The notes beneath the pieces were generated by a model. That model was not told the DNA's origin, made no database searches, and was given only the letters and a program-made list of their open reading frames with translations. This document shows positions 39,148 through 49,704 of a stretch of 64,000 nucleotides of DNA, in pieces. The DNA is from Chloroflexota bacterium (GTDB lineage Bacteria; Chloroflexota; UBA11872; VXOZ01): assembly GCA_964291655.2 (NCBI GenBank), contig OZ219802.1, positions 2,400,001-2,464,000 on the forward strand, given 5' to 3'. Each line of letters opens with the position of its first letter. Within the stretch, counting starts at the first letter, position 1. Position numbers and translations under genes: made by a program.

Positions 39148-39605
39148 TGCCGTTGCACGGGGCGCTCAGTTGCAGGGGAGACCGCATTTAGACCTCAGCA
39201 TCCGCCTCTTCATGGTGGGTGCCTTGCCGCAGCAAAGTGACCGAGGTGCGGAGGCCGTCTATAATAGAGCAAATCGCCGCACCGGTACGGAGCGCAAACG
39301 AAGGGGAGTGGGAGAACGCAGGATTGGATCGGCCGGTTTGTGTGGCGCGACTGGTGGGGAGACTACCTAGGACAACAGTCTTAGATTTCTCGCTGCGCTC
39401 GAAATGACAGTTCGCTTGGGATTGGGGTTAGTGTAAGGATTGGCCGCAAGGGAGCGGATAGGATGTGGCTCGATGCGTCGGTGAGCAGCGATTAAACTGC
39501 GTTGAATTTATAGCGCCGGTGACGACTCTTGGTGCTGTTTCTCTGACAAGAACGCGAATCTAGCAGTTACGATACGATAGAACGAATTGACAAAAGGAGT
39601 AATGT

Positions 39606-40226
39606 ATGCTCATTCCGTACGTCATTGAGACGACGAACCGCGGCGAACGCGGCATGGACATTTTTTCCCGGCTGCTGCGGGATAGGATCATTTTCTTAGG
39701 AACCCCGGTTGACGATAACGTGGCGAACATCATCATCGCCCAGATGCTCTTGCTTTCAAGTGAAGATGGTGACGCCGACATTGGTCTTTACATAAATTCT
39801 CCCGGCGGCAGCGTGCATTCAGGACTGGCGATCTACGACGCCATGCAATACATCAAGAATGACGTGGCGACCTACTGCATGGGCCTGTCGGCCAGCATTG
39901 CCGCCTTACTACTTGCCGGTGGCGCGTCGGGTAAGCGGTTTTCTCTGCCGAATTCGCGCATGCTGATCCATCAACCATGGACGCAAGCCTCACGGCCTTT
40001 GCAGGCGTCCGACCTCGAGATCGAGGCGCGTGAAATTTTGCGCACCCGTAACCAGGTGAATTCGATTATTGCGCAACACACGGGGCAGGAACTCGCGAAG
40101 ATCGAGCGTGATAGCGAGCGAGACTTCTGGATGGACCCCGTAGAGGCCAAGGACTATGGACTGATCGATGACGTCTTGCCGTCCGCCATCAAGACGCCTC
40201 AGACCGACGGAGTAGCCAGCAATTAG
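39606..40226 (+). CDS. clpP: ATP-dependent Clp protease proteolytic subunit
   Basis: [26 protein letters not shown] (catalytic Ser), IHQP. Confidence 0.97.
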   Translation: MLIPYVIETTNRGERGMDIFSRLLRDRIIFLGTPVDDNVANIIIAQMLLLSSEDGDADIGLYINSPGGSVHSGLAIYDAMQYIKNDVATYCMGLSASIAALLLAGGASGKRFSLPNSRMLIHQPWTQASRPLQASDLEIEAREILRTRNQVNSIIAQHTGQELAKIERDSERDFWMDPVEAKDYGLIDDVLPSAIKTPQTDGVASN

Positions 40227-40265
40227 GATGACCAATCCAGCGCCGCAACACGAAGGAGATTAGCG

Positions 40266-41585
40266 TTGCCAAGTAGTCGTGACTCTCGGGGCCAATATCG
40301 CTGCTCGTTTTGCAATAAAGCGCAAGAGGAAGTACGCCGGCTGATTTCCGGCCAAAACGGTGTTTATATTTGCGATGAGTGTGTAGACCTCTGTCGTGAA
40401 CTGATTCATGAGGAGCAGGCCTCTTCAAGCCAGCGGAAAGGCAGCGCCAGTCCTGCACGATTACTCAGTCCCAAAGAGATTCATGAGTTCCTCAATCAAT
40501 ATGTAGTGGGCCAAGAGCACGCAAAGAAGGTGCTGGCGGTAGCGGTCTACAATCACTACAAGCGCGTGGCGAGCGGCGAATCGAACAGTGACGTTGAGCT
40601 GGGCAAGAGCAATGTGCTCCTCATTGGGCCTACCGGCTGCGGCAAGACGTTGCTGGCGCGCACTCTGGCGCGCATCCTCGGGGTGCCTTTCTGCATAGCC
40701 GACGCGACGTCGCTGACCGAAGCCGGGTACGTTGGCGAGGACGTGGAGAACATCCTGCTACGCTTGATCCAGGCAGCGGATTACGATACTGCCGCGGCGG
40801 AGCGTGGCATAGTCTTCATCGACGAGATTGATAAGATCGCCCGCAAGGCCGACAATCCTTCCATTACGCGGGATGTTTCCGGCGAGGGTGTGCAGCAAGC
40901 ACTGCTCAAGATCATCGAGGGTACGGTGGCGAATGTGCCCCCGCAGGGCGGCCGCAAGCACCCGCACCAAGAGTTTATCCAGATTGATACCACCGACATC
41001 CTCTTTGTCTGCGGCGGCGCTTTCGAAGGTCTGGACGAGGTCATCGCGAAACGTGTCGGCAGTAACCAGCGTATCGGCTTCGGCGCTATGGACGCTGCTG
41101 AGCGCGCAGAAGAGCAGAGGAACCTCCTCCGGCAGATCTCGCCGGACGATCTCCTGAAGTACGGCCTAATCCCCGAATTCGTAGGCCGTCTCCCAGTGAC
41201 GGTGGCCTTAGATGCGCTCACGCATGATGAGTTGATCCAAGTCCTCACCGAGCCGCGCGATGCTCCCGTCCGTCAGTATCAGCACTTGTTCGCAATTGAC
41301 GACATCGAGCTCACATTCCAGGACGATGCCCTGGAGGAAGCGGCGCAGATGGCGCAGAATCTCAAGACCGGCGCGCGTGCGCTGCAGACGATCATGGAAG
41401 AGGCGCTGCTGGAGGTAATGTACGATCTGCCGTCCCGCAATGACGTGAGCGAGGTCATCGTGACTGCTGATGTCATTGCCAAGCGCGCGCAACCGATGCT
41501 GGTGGCATCTGAGAGTAAGCGCTCGGCGCCGTCCGGAGAGCATGAAGCCACGCTTCTGGATGAAGATACGTCAGCGACAGCCTAG
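40266..41585 (+). CDS. clpX: ATP-dependent Clp protease ATPase ClpX
   Basis: CSFC..CDEC zinc finger, [19 protein letters not shown] loop. Confidence 0.98.
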   Translation: MPSSRDSRGQYRCSFCNKAQEEVRRLISGQNGVYICDECVDLCRELIHEEQASSSQRKGSASPARLLSPKEIHEFLNQYVVGQEHAKKVLAVAVYNHYKRVASGESNSDVELGKSNVLLIGPTGCGKTLLARTLARILGVPFCIADATSLTEAGYVGEDVENILLRLIQAADYDTAAAERGIVFIDEIDKIARKADNPSITRDVSGEGVQQALLKIIEGTVANVPPQGGRKHPHQEFIQIDTTDILFVCGGAFEGLDEVIAKRVGSNQRIGFGAMDAAERAEEQRNLLRQISPDDLLKYGLIPEFVGRLPVTVALDALTHDELIQVLTEPRDAPVRQYQHLFAIDDIELTFQDDALEEAAQMAQNLKTGARALQTIMEEALLEVMYDLPSRNDVSEVIVTADVIAKRAQPMLVASESKRSAPSGEHEATLLDEDTSATA

Positions 41586-41623
41586 GCGGTGCGTCACACT
41601 CCACTGCCGCTGCGCTTGCCGGG

Positions 41624-42493
41624 CTAACCTGAATCCTCGCTGAAGAAGAGCGATCGGCCGTTCAGCGGCTGCGTTGGTCTGGCATTGTCGGCGTAGAGCG
41701 CGGCAAACTGCGCAAGCTGCTCTGCCGAGGCTTCCACCGGCTCTCTCAAGACGAACCAGCTCACGTCTTCAGTGCATGGGGGCGTCGTCAGCGAACCAAC
41801 GTAGCTAAAGTAGGCGAGGTCCGCTGGCAGCAAGTCCGTGGCATCTACCGTGTTCCCTTCCACAAGCCGCTTCTCGCCCTTCTGAGTCGGCATGTTGTCC
41901 CAGACCTTCTGCAGAGCTTCGTTGCGCTGCCCTTCCGTAAGAAAGATGCCAACTACTGCGAGACTCCCGTCGGCGCCTTGATGCACAAGGTGCAGTTCCA
42001 TGTCGGCGGGCATTCCGTCAACCGTGTGCTCGCTCGCGCGGTGAAAGTGAAACTGCAACAAGGCATACTGCTTGCCATCAGCAGCCAGCGTGCTGCCTGG
42101 CACGTAGCTCACCTGAATCGTATGTCCGTTGTTGACAACGTCTAGCGGCGTTGGCGTGTAACGGAACGCAAGATCGTGCGGCTTCGTCTCCGTGTCACCA
42201 CTCAAGTCTATGGGTGACTGCGACACTCCATCTTTGCATGCTGCGAATTCAGGAGAGAGATCCCCCCAGCGCGCTGGGCCCGTCTCGCCGGTATAGCCCC
42301 AGGACGCGGGATGGGTTGGCTCCTTCTCGTTGGAATACGGCGGCTCCTCAGCGGATGCCGCGATGCCGGCGGCGTCGTTTTCCTTTCCCAGCGCGCGCCA
42401 CAAGAAGGATATAGCGGCGATCCCCGCCAACACCAAAGTGACTATTCCAACAGCTATCGGTCTTCTAAACAACATTCTATCGACCAGTCTCAC
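41624..42493 (-). CDS. Alpha-class carbonic anhydrase with N-terminal membrane anchor
   Basis: QSPID, NNGHT, FHFH..SEH, ELHLVH, GSLTTPPC, NARPTQPLNGR. Confidence 0.93.
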   Translation of the reverse strand: MRLVDRMLFRRPIAVGIVTLVLAGIAAISFLWRALGKENDAAGIAASAEEPPYSNEKEPTHPASWGYTGETGPARWGDLSPEFAACKDGVSQSPIDLSGDTETKPHDLAFRYTPTPLDVVNNGHTIQVSYVPGSTLAADGKQYALLQFHFHRASEHTVDGMPADMELHLVHQGADGSLAVVGIFLTEGQRNEALQKVWDNMPTQKGEKRLVEGNTVDATDLLPADLAYFSYVGSLTTPPCTEDVSWFVLREPVEASAEQLAQFAALYADNARPTQPLNGRSLFFSEDSG

Positions 42494-42615
42494 GCTCGCA
42501 TCACCTCGCTGTACGTTTGGATGAATTCACCACACCTGATGGACAATAACGTGCGCCGACCCTAGCATGCAAGTTTCAGTGTCTCTAGGGAAGCAATGCA
42601 CGTCAATCTCTTCAC

Positions 42616-44076
42616 TCAGAGTGCAGCCGGTCTGCGCGTTGTCGGAGCGGCCTGCGTCTCGCTGCTGTCACTTTGGCGCATACCGGGAACGGCCAACGAG
42701 ATTGCCAGGATGAAGATCACAATGACCGCGCCCGCAACGCTTACGACTTGTGGCGCGCTCCAGCGGTCTACCAGCATGCCCATCGGCAGAGCAGCCATGG
42801 GCATCAGTGAGAACGTCATCATGTAAATGCTCATCACGCGTCCGTAGTAAGCCTGGTCGGTTTGCAGCATCACCAACGTATTGTTGAGAGACATGTAGGC
42901 ATTTGCCGTAAGCCCGACGATTCCCACCATCAAGAGGCTCAACGGCAGCCAATCGCTGTAGGCAAAGAGCACCAGCGAAATGCCAAACAGCCCGCCGAAT
43001 ACCACTTGCAGCACTTTCGCGTGCTGGCCAGCCGCAAGATACGCCACGAGCAATGAGCCCAGCACGCCGCCCACGCCGGTCGCTGAATTCAAGAAGCCGA
43101 GCCAGCGCGCGTCCACGCCGAGCACGTCCTCCTGAAATACGGGGAGGAGCATCTGGTAGGGTCGCCCCAGCAGCAACGGGATGAAGGCGAGGCTCATGAG
43201 CAACAGCAGTGTACGCTCAGTGAAGACGTACCTGAAGCCGTCAAACATCTGCGCTGAAAACCTGCCGGCAGCGGCCTTTTTGTCGCTCTCCAGCGTTTTG
43301 GGCAACCGCATGATAAAGAGGGTAGACACCCCATAGCATACCGCCGTAATATCGAACGCCCCGGCCGTGCCCAACCCGGGCGTGACAATGACGATTCCCG
43401 CTACTGCAGGCCCCAGTATCGTCATCATGTTGCGACCGGAATTATTGAGCGCGATGGCGTTGCCAAGCCGCTCGCGTCCCACCAGCGCGGGGATCAGCGA
43501 GGAACGCGTGGGCATGCCGAGTGAAAACGCGATACCTTGCAGAAAACCAAACACGATCAGATGCCAGATGGCAATCCAACCTGTGTGGATAAGGAGCGCT
43601 AGCAGAACGGAAACCGCAAGCATGAAGACTTGCGAGCCAATCAAGAGACGGCGCTTGTCAACGCGGTCGGCCAGCACACCGGCAATGGGTGAAAAGAACA
43701 GCATCGGCAGCCCCATGGCAAAACTGACCAGACCGAGGATACCGGCAGAGCCGCTGAGGTCGTATGCCAGGTACCCGCGAGAAATGATGGCAACTTGCAG
43801 GCCGGCGAACGAGACGAGCATGCCCAGCCACATGTCACGGTAAGCAGGAACCGATAGCGCCTCGAACGTGCGTGATATGAATGGCAGTCTCGGCGACGTT
43901 TTGCCGCCGGTTTCATTTCCCTCCGCTGCTTCGGAACTCTCCGGCTTCGGCGTCGAGGATTGGACGTTCAGCGTGTGATTCCTTCTCAATTTTCGCGGCT
44001 GGTGTATGGCCGTTGCGCTTGCGCATGCGTCAGTAAACTCGTCACTTCCGTACGCGAGCATGCGGCTGCGTGGCAA
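42616..44076 (-). CDS. MFS transporter (true start probably near 43970)
   Basis: About 12 hydrophobic segments; MFS motif A, GVLADRVDKRR. Confidence 0.9.
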   Translation of the reverse strand: MPRSRMLAYGSDEFTDACASATAIHQPRKLRRNHTLNVQSSTPKPESSEAAEGNETGGKTSPRLPFISRTFEALSVPAYRDMWLGMLVSFAGLQVAIISRGYLAYDLSGSAGILGLVSFAMGLPMLFFSPIAGVLADRVDKRRLLIGSQVFMLAVSVLLALLIHTGWIAIWHLIVFGFLQGIAFSLGMPTRSSLIPALVGRERLGNAIALNNSGRNMMTILGPAVAGIVIVTPGLGTAGAFDITAVCYGVSTLFIMRLPKTLESDKKAAAGRFSAQMFDGFRYVFTERTLLLLMSLAFIPLLLGRPYQMLLPVFQEDVLGVDARWLGFLNSATGVGGVLGSLLVAYLAAGQHAKVLQVVFGGLFGISLVLFAYSDWLPLSLLMVGIVGLTANAYMSLNNTLVMLQTDQAYYGRVMSIYMMTFSLMPMAALPMGMLVDRWSAPQVVSVAGAVIVIFILAISLAVPGMRQSDSSETQAAPTTRRPAAL

Positions 44077-44262
44077 CTAGCTTTTTGACGTGCACGTTAA
44101 CGTGCATTCTAAGCGGCAGAAGGTCATTCTGCAAACGGGAGGACCTGCTCACCTGCAGGGGCACAGTGCGCTTGGCGCGTATTGGCGAATGCGACCGGCG
44201 TTGGACGGCAATTGGCGGCATCAATGTGCAACTCAAAGGCTGCAAAGTGATTAGCCGTATCC

Positions 44263-45435
44263 TCACCCTTCAGCTCTGCCGGTGTATGTGCGCCCGCTAT
44301 CGCCTTCTCCGAGCGTTGCTTCGACTCCCAACTCTCGGGAGAGTTCCAGGAAGCGAACGAGATCTTCGTGATTGAGCACGCCCAGCAGCTCGTCACCGCG
44401 CATGACAAGCAATTGGCGTGCGGTGTGCTCGTCGAACAGATCGAAGGCCTGAAGGATGGACTCGTCCGGGCCCACGGTAATCAGCGAAGACGAGGCTATA
44501 GCTTGACCCACGGTTGTCTCCGGCCAGGCGCTTTGCGGCACGTTGCGCGCATCGCCAATGGTGATGACTCCGATCGCGTGACCGTCCTGCACAACCGGCA
44601 CAGAGCGAACACCATCGCGTAGGAGCATGGTGAGCACGACGCGGTCCATGGTCTCATCGGGGCGTACGATAGCTGGATTGGCGCGCATCAGGCTGGTTAC
44701 GGGTATGTCGCGGAGCGCCTCGTCCCGTGAGAATTGGCGGCGATTTGCCGCTGCTGCGCCATTCAGGAACCAGCCGATGAAAATCAACCAGACTCCGGTT
44801 AAGTAGACGCCCCGAATGAAGAAGATTAGGCCGAAGGCGATCAGGCCGATTGCAAAGACCTGTCCGACGATGGTGGCAATGGTGGTCCCTCTGCGCATGC
44901 TGCCAGTGATTCCCCAAACGATGGCGCGGAATACTCTGCCGCCGTCCAGCGGAAAGCCGGGGAGCAGATTGAAAAGGGCAAGTCCGCCGTTTATGAAGGC
45001 CAATTGTGTCAAAAGGACTCGTGCGGGCACGTCCAGCGGCAAGGTAATGCTTAGAACCAGGAAGATGAGGGCAAGGAGTAGGCTGCTCGCGGGCCCCACC
45101 ACGGCGATGAAGAATTCGTCACTAGGCCGTCGCGGCTCGGACTTGAGCACGGCGGCGCCGCCAAAGATGAAGAGTGTGATGCTCTCTACCTTCATGCCGC
45201 GCGCCAGCGCCATGAAGGAATGAGCAAACTCGTGAAAGAGCACCGAACCGAAGATGAGCAGCGCGGCCAAGCTCCCCACAATCCAATACGTCAATTCGGT
45301 CCAGCCAAAATAACCGAATGGAAACATAGTACGCGGCACTGACCAGGCGATGAGCAAGAACGCCAAGAACCACGTGTAGTGGACCCGTACCGTGATGCCT
45401 GCAATGGAAAAGAGCTTCATTGCCCTTGGGTTCAT
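44263..45435 (-). CDS. Site-2 protease (M50) with tandem CBS domains
   Basis: HEFAH, NLLPGFPLDGG, C-terminal CBS pair. Confidence 0.93.
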   Translation of the reverse strand: MNPRAMKLFSIAGITVRVHYTWFLAFLLIAWSVPRTMFPFGYFGWTELTYWIVGSLAALLIFGSVLFHEFAHSFMALARGMKVESITLFIFGGAAVLKSEPRRPSDEFFIAVVGPASSLLLALIFLVLSITLPLDVPARVLLTQLAFINGGLALFNLLPGFPLDGGRVFRAIVWGITGSMRRGTTIATIVGQVFAIGLIAFGLIFFIRGVYLTGVWLIFIGWFLNGAAAANRRQFSRDEALRDIPVTSLMRANPAIVRPDETMDRVVLTMLLRDGVRSVPVVQDGHAIGVITIGDARNVPQSAWPETTVGQAIASSSLITVGPDESILQAFDLFDEHTARQLLVMRGDELLGVLNHEDLVRFLELSRELGVEATLGEGDSGRTYTGRAEG

Positions 45436-45632
45436 AGAAATCCTGCCATGCCTGCGCCACACACTTTGATTTCACTGTACCGCAAGTAGGGGCAAGGCGT
45501 GGTTCACTCGCAAGAATGCCGCTACACATCGGCTGCGGGAAGAGCCTGCGAGTCGAGCATGCCTGCAGTGGAAGCTCTCAGGCGGATGCACCCGACTGGA
45601 GTATGCGACGAGAATCGGAAATGGCGGCGCGC

Positions 45633-46097
45633 CTACAGTTTCTGCAGCAGGTTCGCCATTTCCAGGGCGGCCATGGCAGCGTCGAAGCCTTTGTTGCCGA
45701 GCTTGGCGCCGGATCGTTCCATGGCTTGTTCGAGGGTTTCGGCCGCAATCAGGCCGTTGATGACGGGGATATCGGCGGCCAGCGCGACGTGGGCAATGCC
45801 GCTCGCCGCACCGTCGGCCACGTGCTCGAAGTGCACGGTAGCGCCGCGAATCACAACGCCCAAGCAGATGATAGCGCCGTAGCTCTGACTTGCAGCGAGG
45901 CGCTGGGCGGCAACCGGGATTTCCAAAGAGCCGGGCACGCGTACGATGTCTATCGCGCCATCCTGTACGCCATGACGCTTGAGACCGTCCACAGCACCCT
46001 GGATCAGGCGGTCTACGAAGAGTTCGTTGAATCGCGCCGCTACGATGGCAAAGCGGTGGTCGCCGGCTTCGAGCGTACCTTCAATCATACGTGCCAC
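45633..46097 (-). CDS. ribH: 6,7-dimethyl-8-ribityllumazine synthase
   Basis: VPGSLEIP, LGVVIRGAT.HFE, NKG.DAA. Confidence 0.96.
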   Translation of the reverse strand: MARMIEGTLEAGDHRFAIVAARFNELFVDRLIQGAVDGLKRHGVQDGAIDIVRVPGSLEIPVAAQRLAASQSYGAIICLGVVIRGATVHFEHVADGAASGIAHVALAADIPVINGLIAAETLEQAMERSGAKLGNKGFDAAMAALEMANLLQKL

Positions 46098-46104
46098 CGT
46101 TCTC

Positions 46105-47322
46105 TTACTCCGTGTCCTGGGTGATAAACGACAGATCGTGACCCAGTCTATCACGTTTCGTCTGCAGATAGCGCAGGTTTTCGCTGTTCGGTTGCACGCT
46201 GAGGGGTACCCGCTCGACCATTTCCAGGCCGTAGATGCTAAGCGCCGCCTCCTTGATAGGACTGTTGGTGAGCAAGCGCACCTTGTGCGCTCCCAGGTCC
46301 TTGAGCACCTGGCAGCCGAAGCCGTAGTTGCGCTGGTCAGCCCCCAGCCCGAGGCGATGATTGGCTTCTACGGTATCCAATCCTTCGTCCTGCAATTCAT
46401 ACGCGCGCATCTTGTTCATGAGTCCGATGCCGCGGCCTTCTTGATTTAGATAGAGGACAATGCCCGTGCCTTCCTCCTGCACCATCTGCATAGCCAAGCG
46501 CAGTTGCATGCCGCAATCACAGCGTAACGACCCGAGCGCATCGCCGGTGGCACATTGAGAGTGCACACGCACCAGCACCGGTTCATCCGGCGTGATCGTG
46601 CCGGTGACTAGCGCGATGCCTTCTTGCCAGTCGGCAGTGCTCTCGTAGGCAAGTGCCGTAAACTCTCCATAGTCCGTCGGGATGCGGGTGCAGGCGACGC
46701 GGCGCGCAATCGTCTCCGTGCGGTAGCGGTATTCGATGAGGTCGGCAATGCTAATGATGGTGATGCCATGCCTGGCGGCGAATTCCTTGAGTTGCGGCAA
46801 GCGCATCATCGTGCCGTCTTCGTCCATGATTTCGCAGACCACCGCCCCCGGGTAGAGGCCGGCAAGCTTGGTAAGGTCTATGCTGGCTTCGGTATGACCG
46901 GCGCGCACCAGCACCCCGCCATCACAGGCGCGCAGGGGAAACGTGTGACCCGGCATGATAAGGTCGCTCGGTTTGGTGTTGGGATTCACCAGCGCCTTGA
47001 TGGTGGTAGCTCGATCTGAAGCGGAAATTCCACTGGCCACACCGTGCCGCGACTCCACGGAAACGGTGAACGCGGTGCCGTACATGGTGTCGTTGTTCGA
47101 AACCATCAGCGGGATGCGCAGTTCGTCCAAGCGTTGGGCGGTGAGCGGCGCGCAAATGAGGCCACGCCCGTACTTCGCCATGAAATTGACCTTCTCGGCC
47201 GTGATCTTCTCGGCCGCAATGCAAAGATCGCCTTCATTCTCGCGGTCCTTGTCATCGATGACAATGACGAAGTTGCCTTGGCGAAATTCCTCAATGGCCT
47301 CTTCAATCGTAGCTAGTGGCAT
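46105..47322 (-). CDS. ribBA: Bifunctional DHBP synthase / GTP cyclohydrolase II
   Basis: DRENEGD, GHTEA, RVHSQCATGD, CDCG, QEGRGIGL. Confidence 0.97.
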   Translation of the reverse strand: MPLATIEEAIEEFRQGNFVIVIDDKDRENEGDLCIAAEKITAEKVNFMAKYGRGLICAPLTAQRLDELRIPLMVSNNDTMYGTAFTVSVESRHGVASGISASDRATTIKALVNPNTKPSDLIMPGHTFPLRACDGGVLVRAGHTEASIDLTKLAGLYPGAVVCEIMDEDGTMMRLPQLKEFAARHGITIISIADLIEYRYRTETIARRVACTRIPTDYGEFTALAYESTADWQEGIALVTGTITPDEPVLVRVHSQCATGDALGSLRCDCGMQLRLAMQMVQEEGTGIVLYLNQEGRGIGLMNKMRAYELQDEGLDTVEANHRLGLGADQRNYGFGCQVLKDLGAHKVRLLTNSPIKEAALSIYGLEMVERVPLSVQPNSENLRYLQTKRDRLGHDLSFITQDTE

Positions 47323-47515
47323 GCGAATGCTCTTTCCGTTCCCTTTACGACTGCCTGCAACAATGCAGCGCAATCGAGTCGCACTTTGCGCTGGAAGACC
47401 TGTGAGTTCTGTGCCGTATGTGGGAAACCGACTGTAGATGAGTCACGTTGATTCGTCTTTCGCTTCGTTTCCGATAGGGCGCGCCAATGAGAATTCGAGT
47501 TGTAGGCGATGGCGC

Positions 47516-47837
47516 CTAGGGTAGTAACTTTAAGGCCGCCACGATCAGCCCACCCACCGCTACCTGTAGCAATGCAAGCTGAAGTATTAGGTTGTTCATA
47601 CGGAGTTCAAGCGTTGCTGTTAGCCGCAATTCCAATGCTTGCAGGTCGCCTTTGGTTGACCGTTCCAAGGCTTGCAAGTCCGCTTTGGTTGCCATGTCCG
47701 CGATATCGGACTTTGTTGCCAAAGCGCCGTAGCCCTCGCCGCCCACGTCTATCAAGGCTTTGGCTTGGCGCTCCGTGAAGCCCGCGGCAACAAGGACTTC
47801 AAACGCCTTGTGCGTGTCGAATACTGCCAGCGGTCAT
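47516..47837 (-). pseudogene. DUF1640/CCDC90-like coiled-coil membrane protein with a frameshift near the start
   Basis: Open frame reads AVFDTHKAFEVLVAAGFTERQAKAL...LATKSDI..ATKADL..TKGDL...C-terminal TM. The ATG at 47837 (after AGGAAG) is one base out of frame; removing one G gives MTAAVFDTH. Confidence 0.7.
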
Positions 47838-47862
47838 GCTTCCTAGCTTCTTGCGTCGATTG

Positions 47863-48462
47863 CTACCGGCCCTGGTCGTGTACTAGCAACCGTTCGACGT
47901 ACTTTGCAAACAGGTCTACTTCCAAGTTTACCCGGGCGCCGAGCGTCTGGCGCGTCAGGTTCGTATGTTCCTGAGTATATTGTACCAGGGAGACTGCAAA
48001 GTCCTGCGCGTTTACCTCGGAAACGGTGAGACTGACACCATCTACGGCAACCGAGCCTTTCACGATCAGATAGCGGAGCACTTCCGGCGGCGCGGTAAAC
48101 CGCATTACCACAGAGTCGCCCACTGGTGTTCGCGCAAGGATTGTGCCGGTAGCGTCTACGTGCCCTTGAACTATGTGTCCGCCCAGGCTATCGCCGACGC
48201 GCAATGCCGGTTCCAAGTTTACGCGGTCACCTGGAGAGAGGTCGCCTAATCCTGTACGAGAGAGGGTTTCCGGCGTAAGTTTGCACGCAAACGCTGGTGG
48301 TTCAAGTGTAGCCACGGTGAGGCACGTGCCGTTCACGGCAACGCTCTCGCCGGGGCTGAGGGTACTGGCGATCTCCGGGGCCGCAATCTCCAACTCCGCC
48401 CCATCAGCCGAAGCAGCGAGGTGGGTTACGGTGCCAAGCGCTGTGATTATGCCGGTAAACAT
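47863..48462 (-). CDS. ribE: Riboflavin synthase (alpha chain)
   Basis: MFTGII start, GGHIVQGHVD, KGSVAVDGVSLT, VNLEVD. Confidence 0.96.
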   Translation of the reverse strand: MFTGIITALGTVTHLAASADGAELEIAAPEIASTLSPGESVAVNGTCLTVATLEPPAFACKLTPETLSRTGLGDLSPGDRVNLEPALRVGDSLGGHIVQGHVDATGTILARTPVGDSVVMRFTAPPEVLRYLIVKGSVAVDGVSLTVSEVNAQDFAVSLVQYTQEHTNLTRQTLGARVNLEVDLFAKYVERLLVHDQGR

Positions 48463-48525
48463 GGTAAACCTCTCCGCCTCTTGTTGATTATAGCGGTAAG
48501 GGTGCGAAGGGTTTGCTGCGCAGTT

Positions 48526-49629
48526 CTAGCAGTCCACATCGCTAAGATCGGCGGTCAGAAGCACGTCTGGGCCAATTTGCGCTACAGACGAAAAGCTAAA
48601 GCGTCGTATGGCAGCGGCCTCATTTCCATCGGGACCGGCAAGCAGCGACGGCGCATTGTCATTGCCAACCAGGATCGGCGCGACAAAGAGCAGGAACTTT
48701 TGCACACAGCCGGCATCCAGAAAGGCCGCAGCCAGAGTGGGACCGCCTTCCAAGAGTACGGATCGGACACCTTCCGCCCCCAGCCGCCGCATGAAGCTTG
48801 GCACGTCAACCCTCTCGTCCACAGACGGCAGCGGCCACACGTCGGCGTTGCGCGTGCGATACTGCTTCAGCCGGTCGGCTGCGGCTGCATTCGTTGTAAC
48901 GACTGTCGTCGCGCCGGGGAGATCCGGGCCGAGAACTCTGGCACTTACCGGCGTTCTACCGCTGCTATCGAGGATGTAACGACGGGGGTGACGCACGTCC
49001 GCTCGCGCCAGGCGCGTGGTCAACTGCGGGTCATCGGCAATGACCGTGTTCACGCCGACGACAATAGCGTCGCTGCGGTCGCGCAGTTCATGCACCATGG
49101 TGCGCGCGGCTTCACTTGTCAAATAGGTCGTTTCATTGTCGCCCGTCGCCACTTTGCCGTCAGCGCTCATGGCCATTTTCAAGGTGACGAACGGCAGGCC
49201 GGTTCTCATGCTGTAGAGGTACGCTGCGTGGCACTGCCGAGCCTGCTCCGCGTTGACCCCAACACGTACTTGAATCCCTGCGGTTCGCAGACGTGCCACT
49301 CCTTGGCCGTTGACCCGGGGATGAGGATCGAGGACGCCAATGCTGACGCGTCGAATGCCGGCGGCAATGATTGCCGCCGTACACGGCGGCGTGCGCCCCT
49401 GAAATGCGCAGGGCTCAAGTGTCACGTAGAGGTCGGCTCCTCTGGCGGCATCGCCGGCGTGGTTGAGCGCCGCGACTTCCGCGTGAGCCTGGCCGGGCGG
49501 CTGCGTGGCCCCTTCACCCACTACACTACCGTCCCGCACGATAACGGCGCCGACCGCAGGATTAGGCGACGTGCGCCCTTGCGCCTGTTCTGCCAATTCG
49601 AGGGCGCGAGTCATGTGGTCATTGGACAT
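48526..49629 (-). CDS. ribD: Bifunctional pyrimidine deaminase/reductase RibD (alternative start 49686)
   Basis: PNPAVGA, HAE, TLEPC..GRTPPC, LLEGG. Confidence 0.96.
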   Translation of the reverse strand: MSNDHMTRALELAEQAQGRTSPNPAVGAVIVRDGSVVGEGATQPPGQAHAEVAALNHAGDAARGADLYVTLEPCAFQGRTPPCTAAIIAAGIRRVSIGVLDPHPRVNGQGVARLRTAGIQVRVGVNAEQARQCHAAYLYSMRTGLPFVTLKMAMSADGKVATGDNETTYLTSEAARTMVHELRDRSDAIVVGVNTVIADDPQLTTRLARADVRHPRRYILDSSGRTPVSARVLGPDLPGATTVVTTNAAAADRLKQYRTRNADVWPLPSVDERVDVPSFMRRLGAEGVRSVLLEGGPTLAAAFLDAGCVQKFLLFVAPILVGNDNAPSLLAGPDGNEAAAIRRFSFSSVAQIGPDVLLTADLSDVDC

Positions 49630-49704
49630 ACTAATGGCCTGCGGCGTGTCGGGAGGAGGCACACGAGTCTTAGCCGTAGCGAACATGGGGCGGTTCGGCC
49701 GGTC

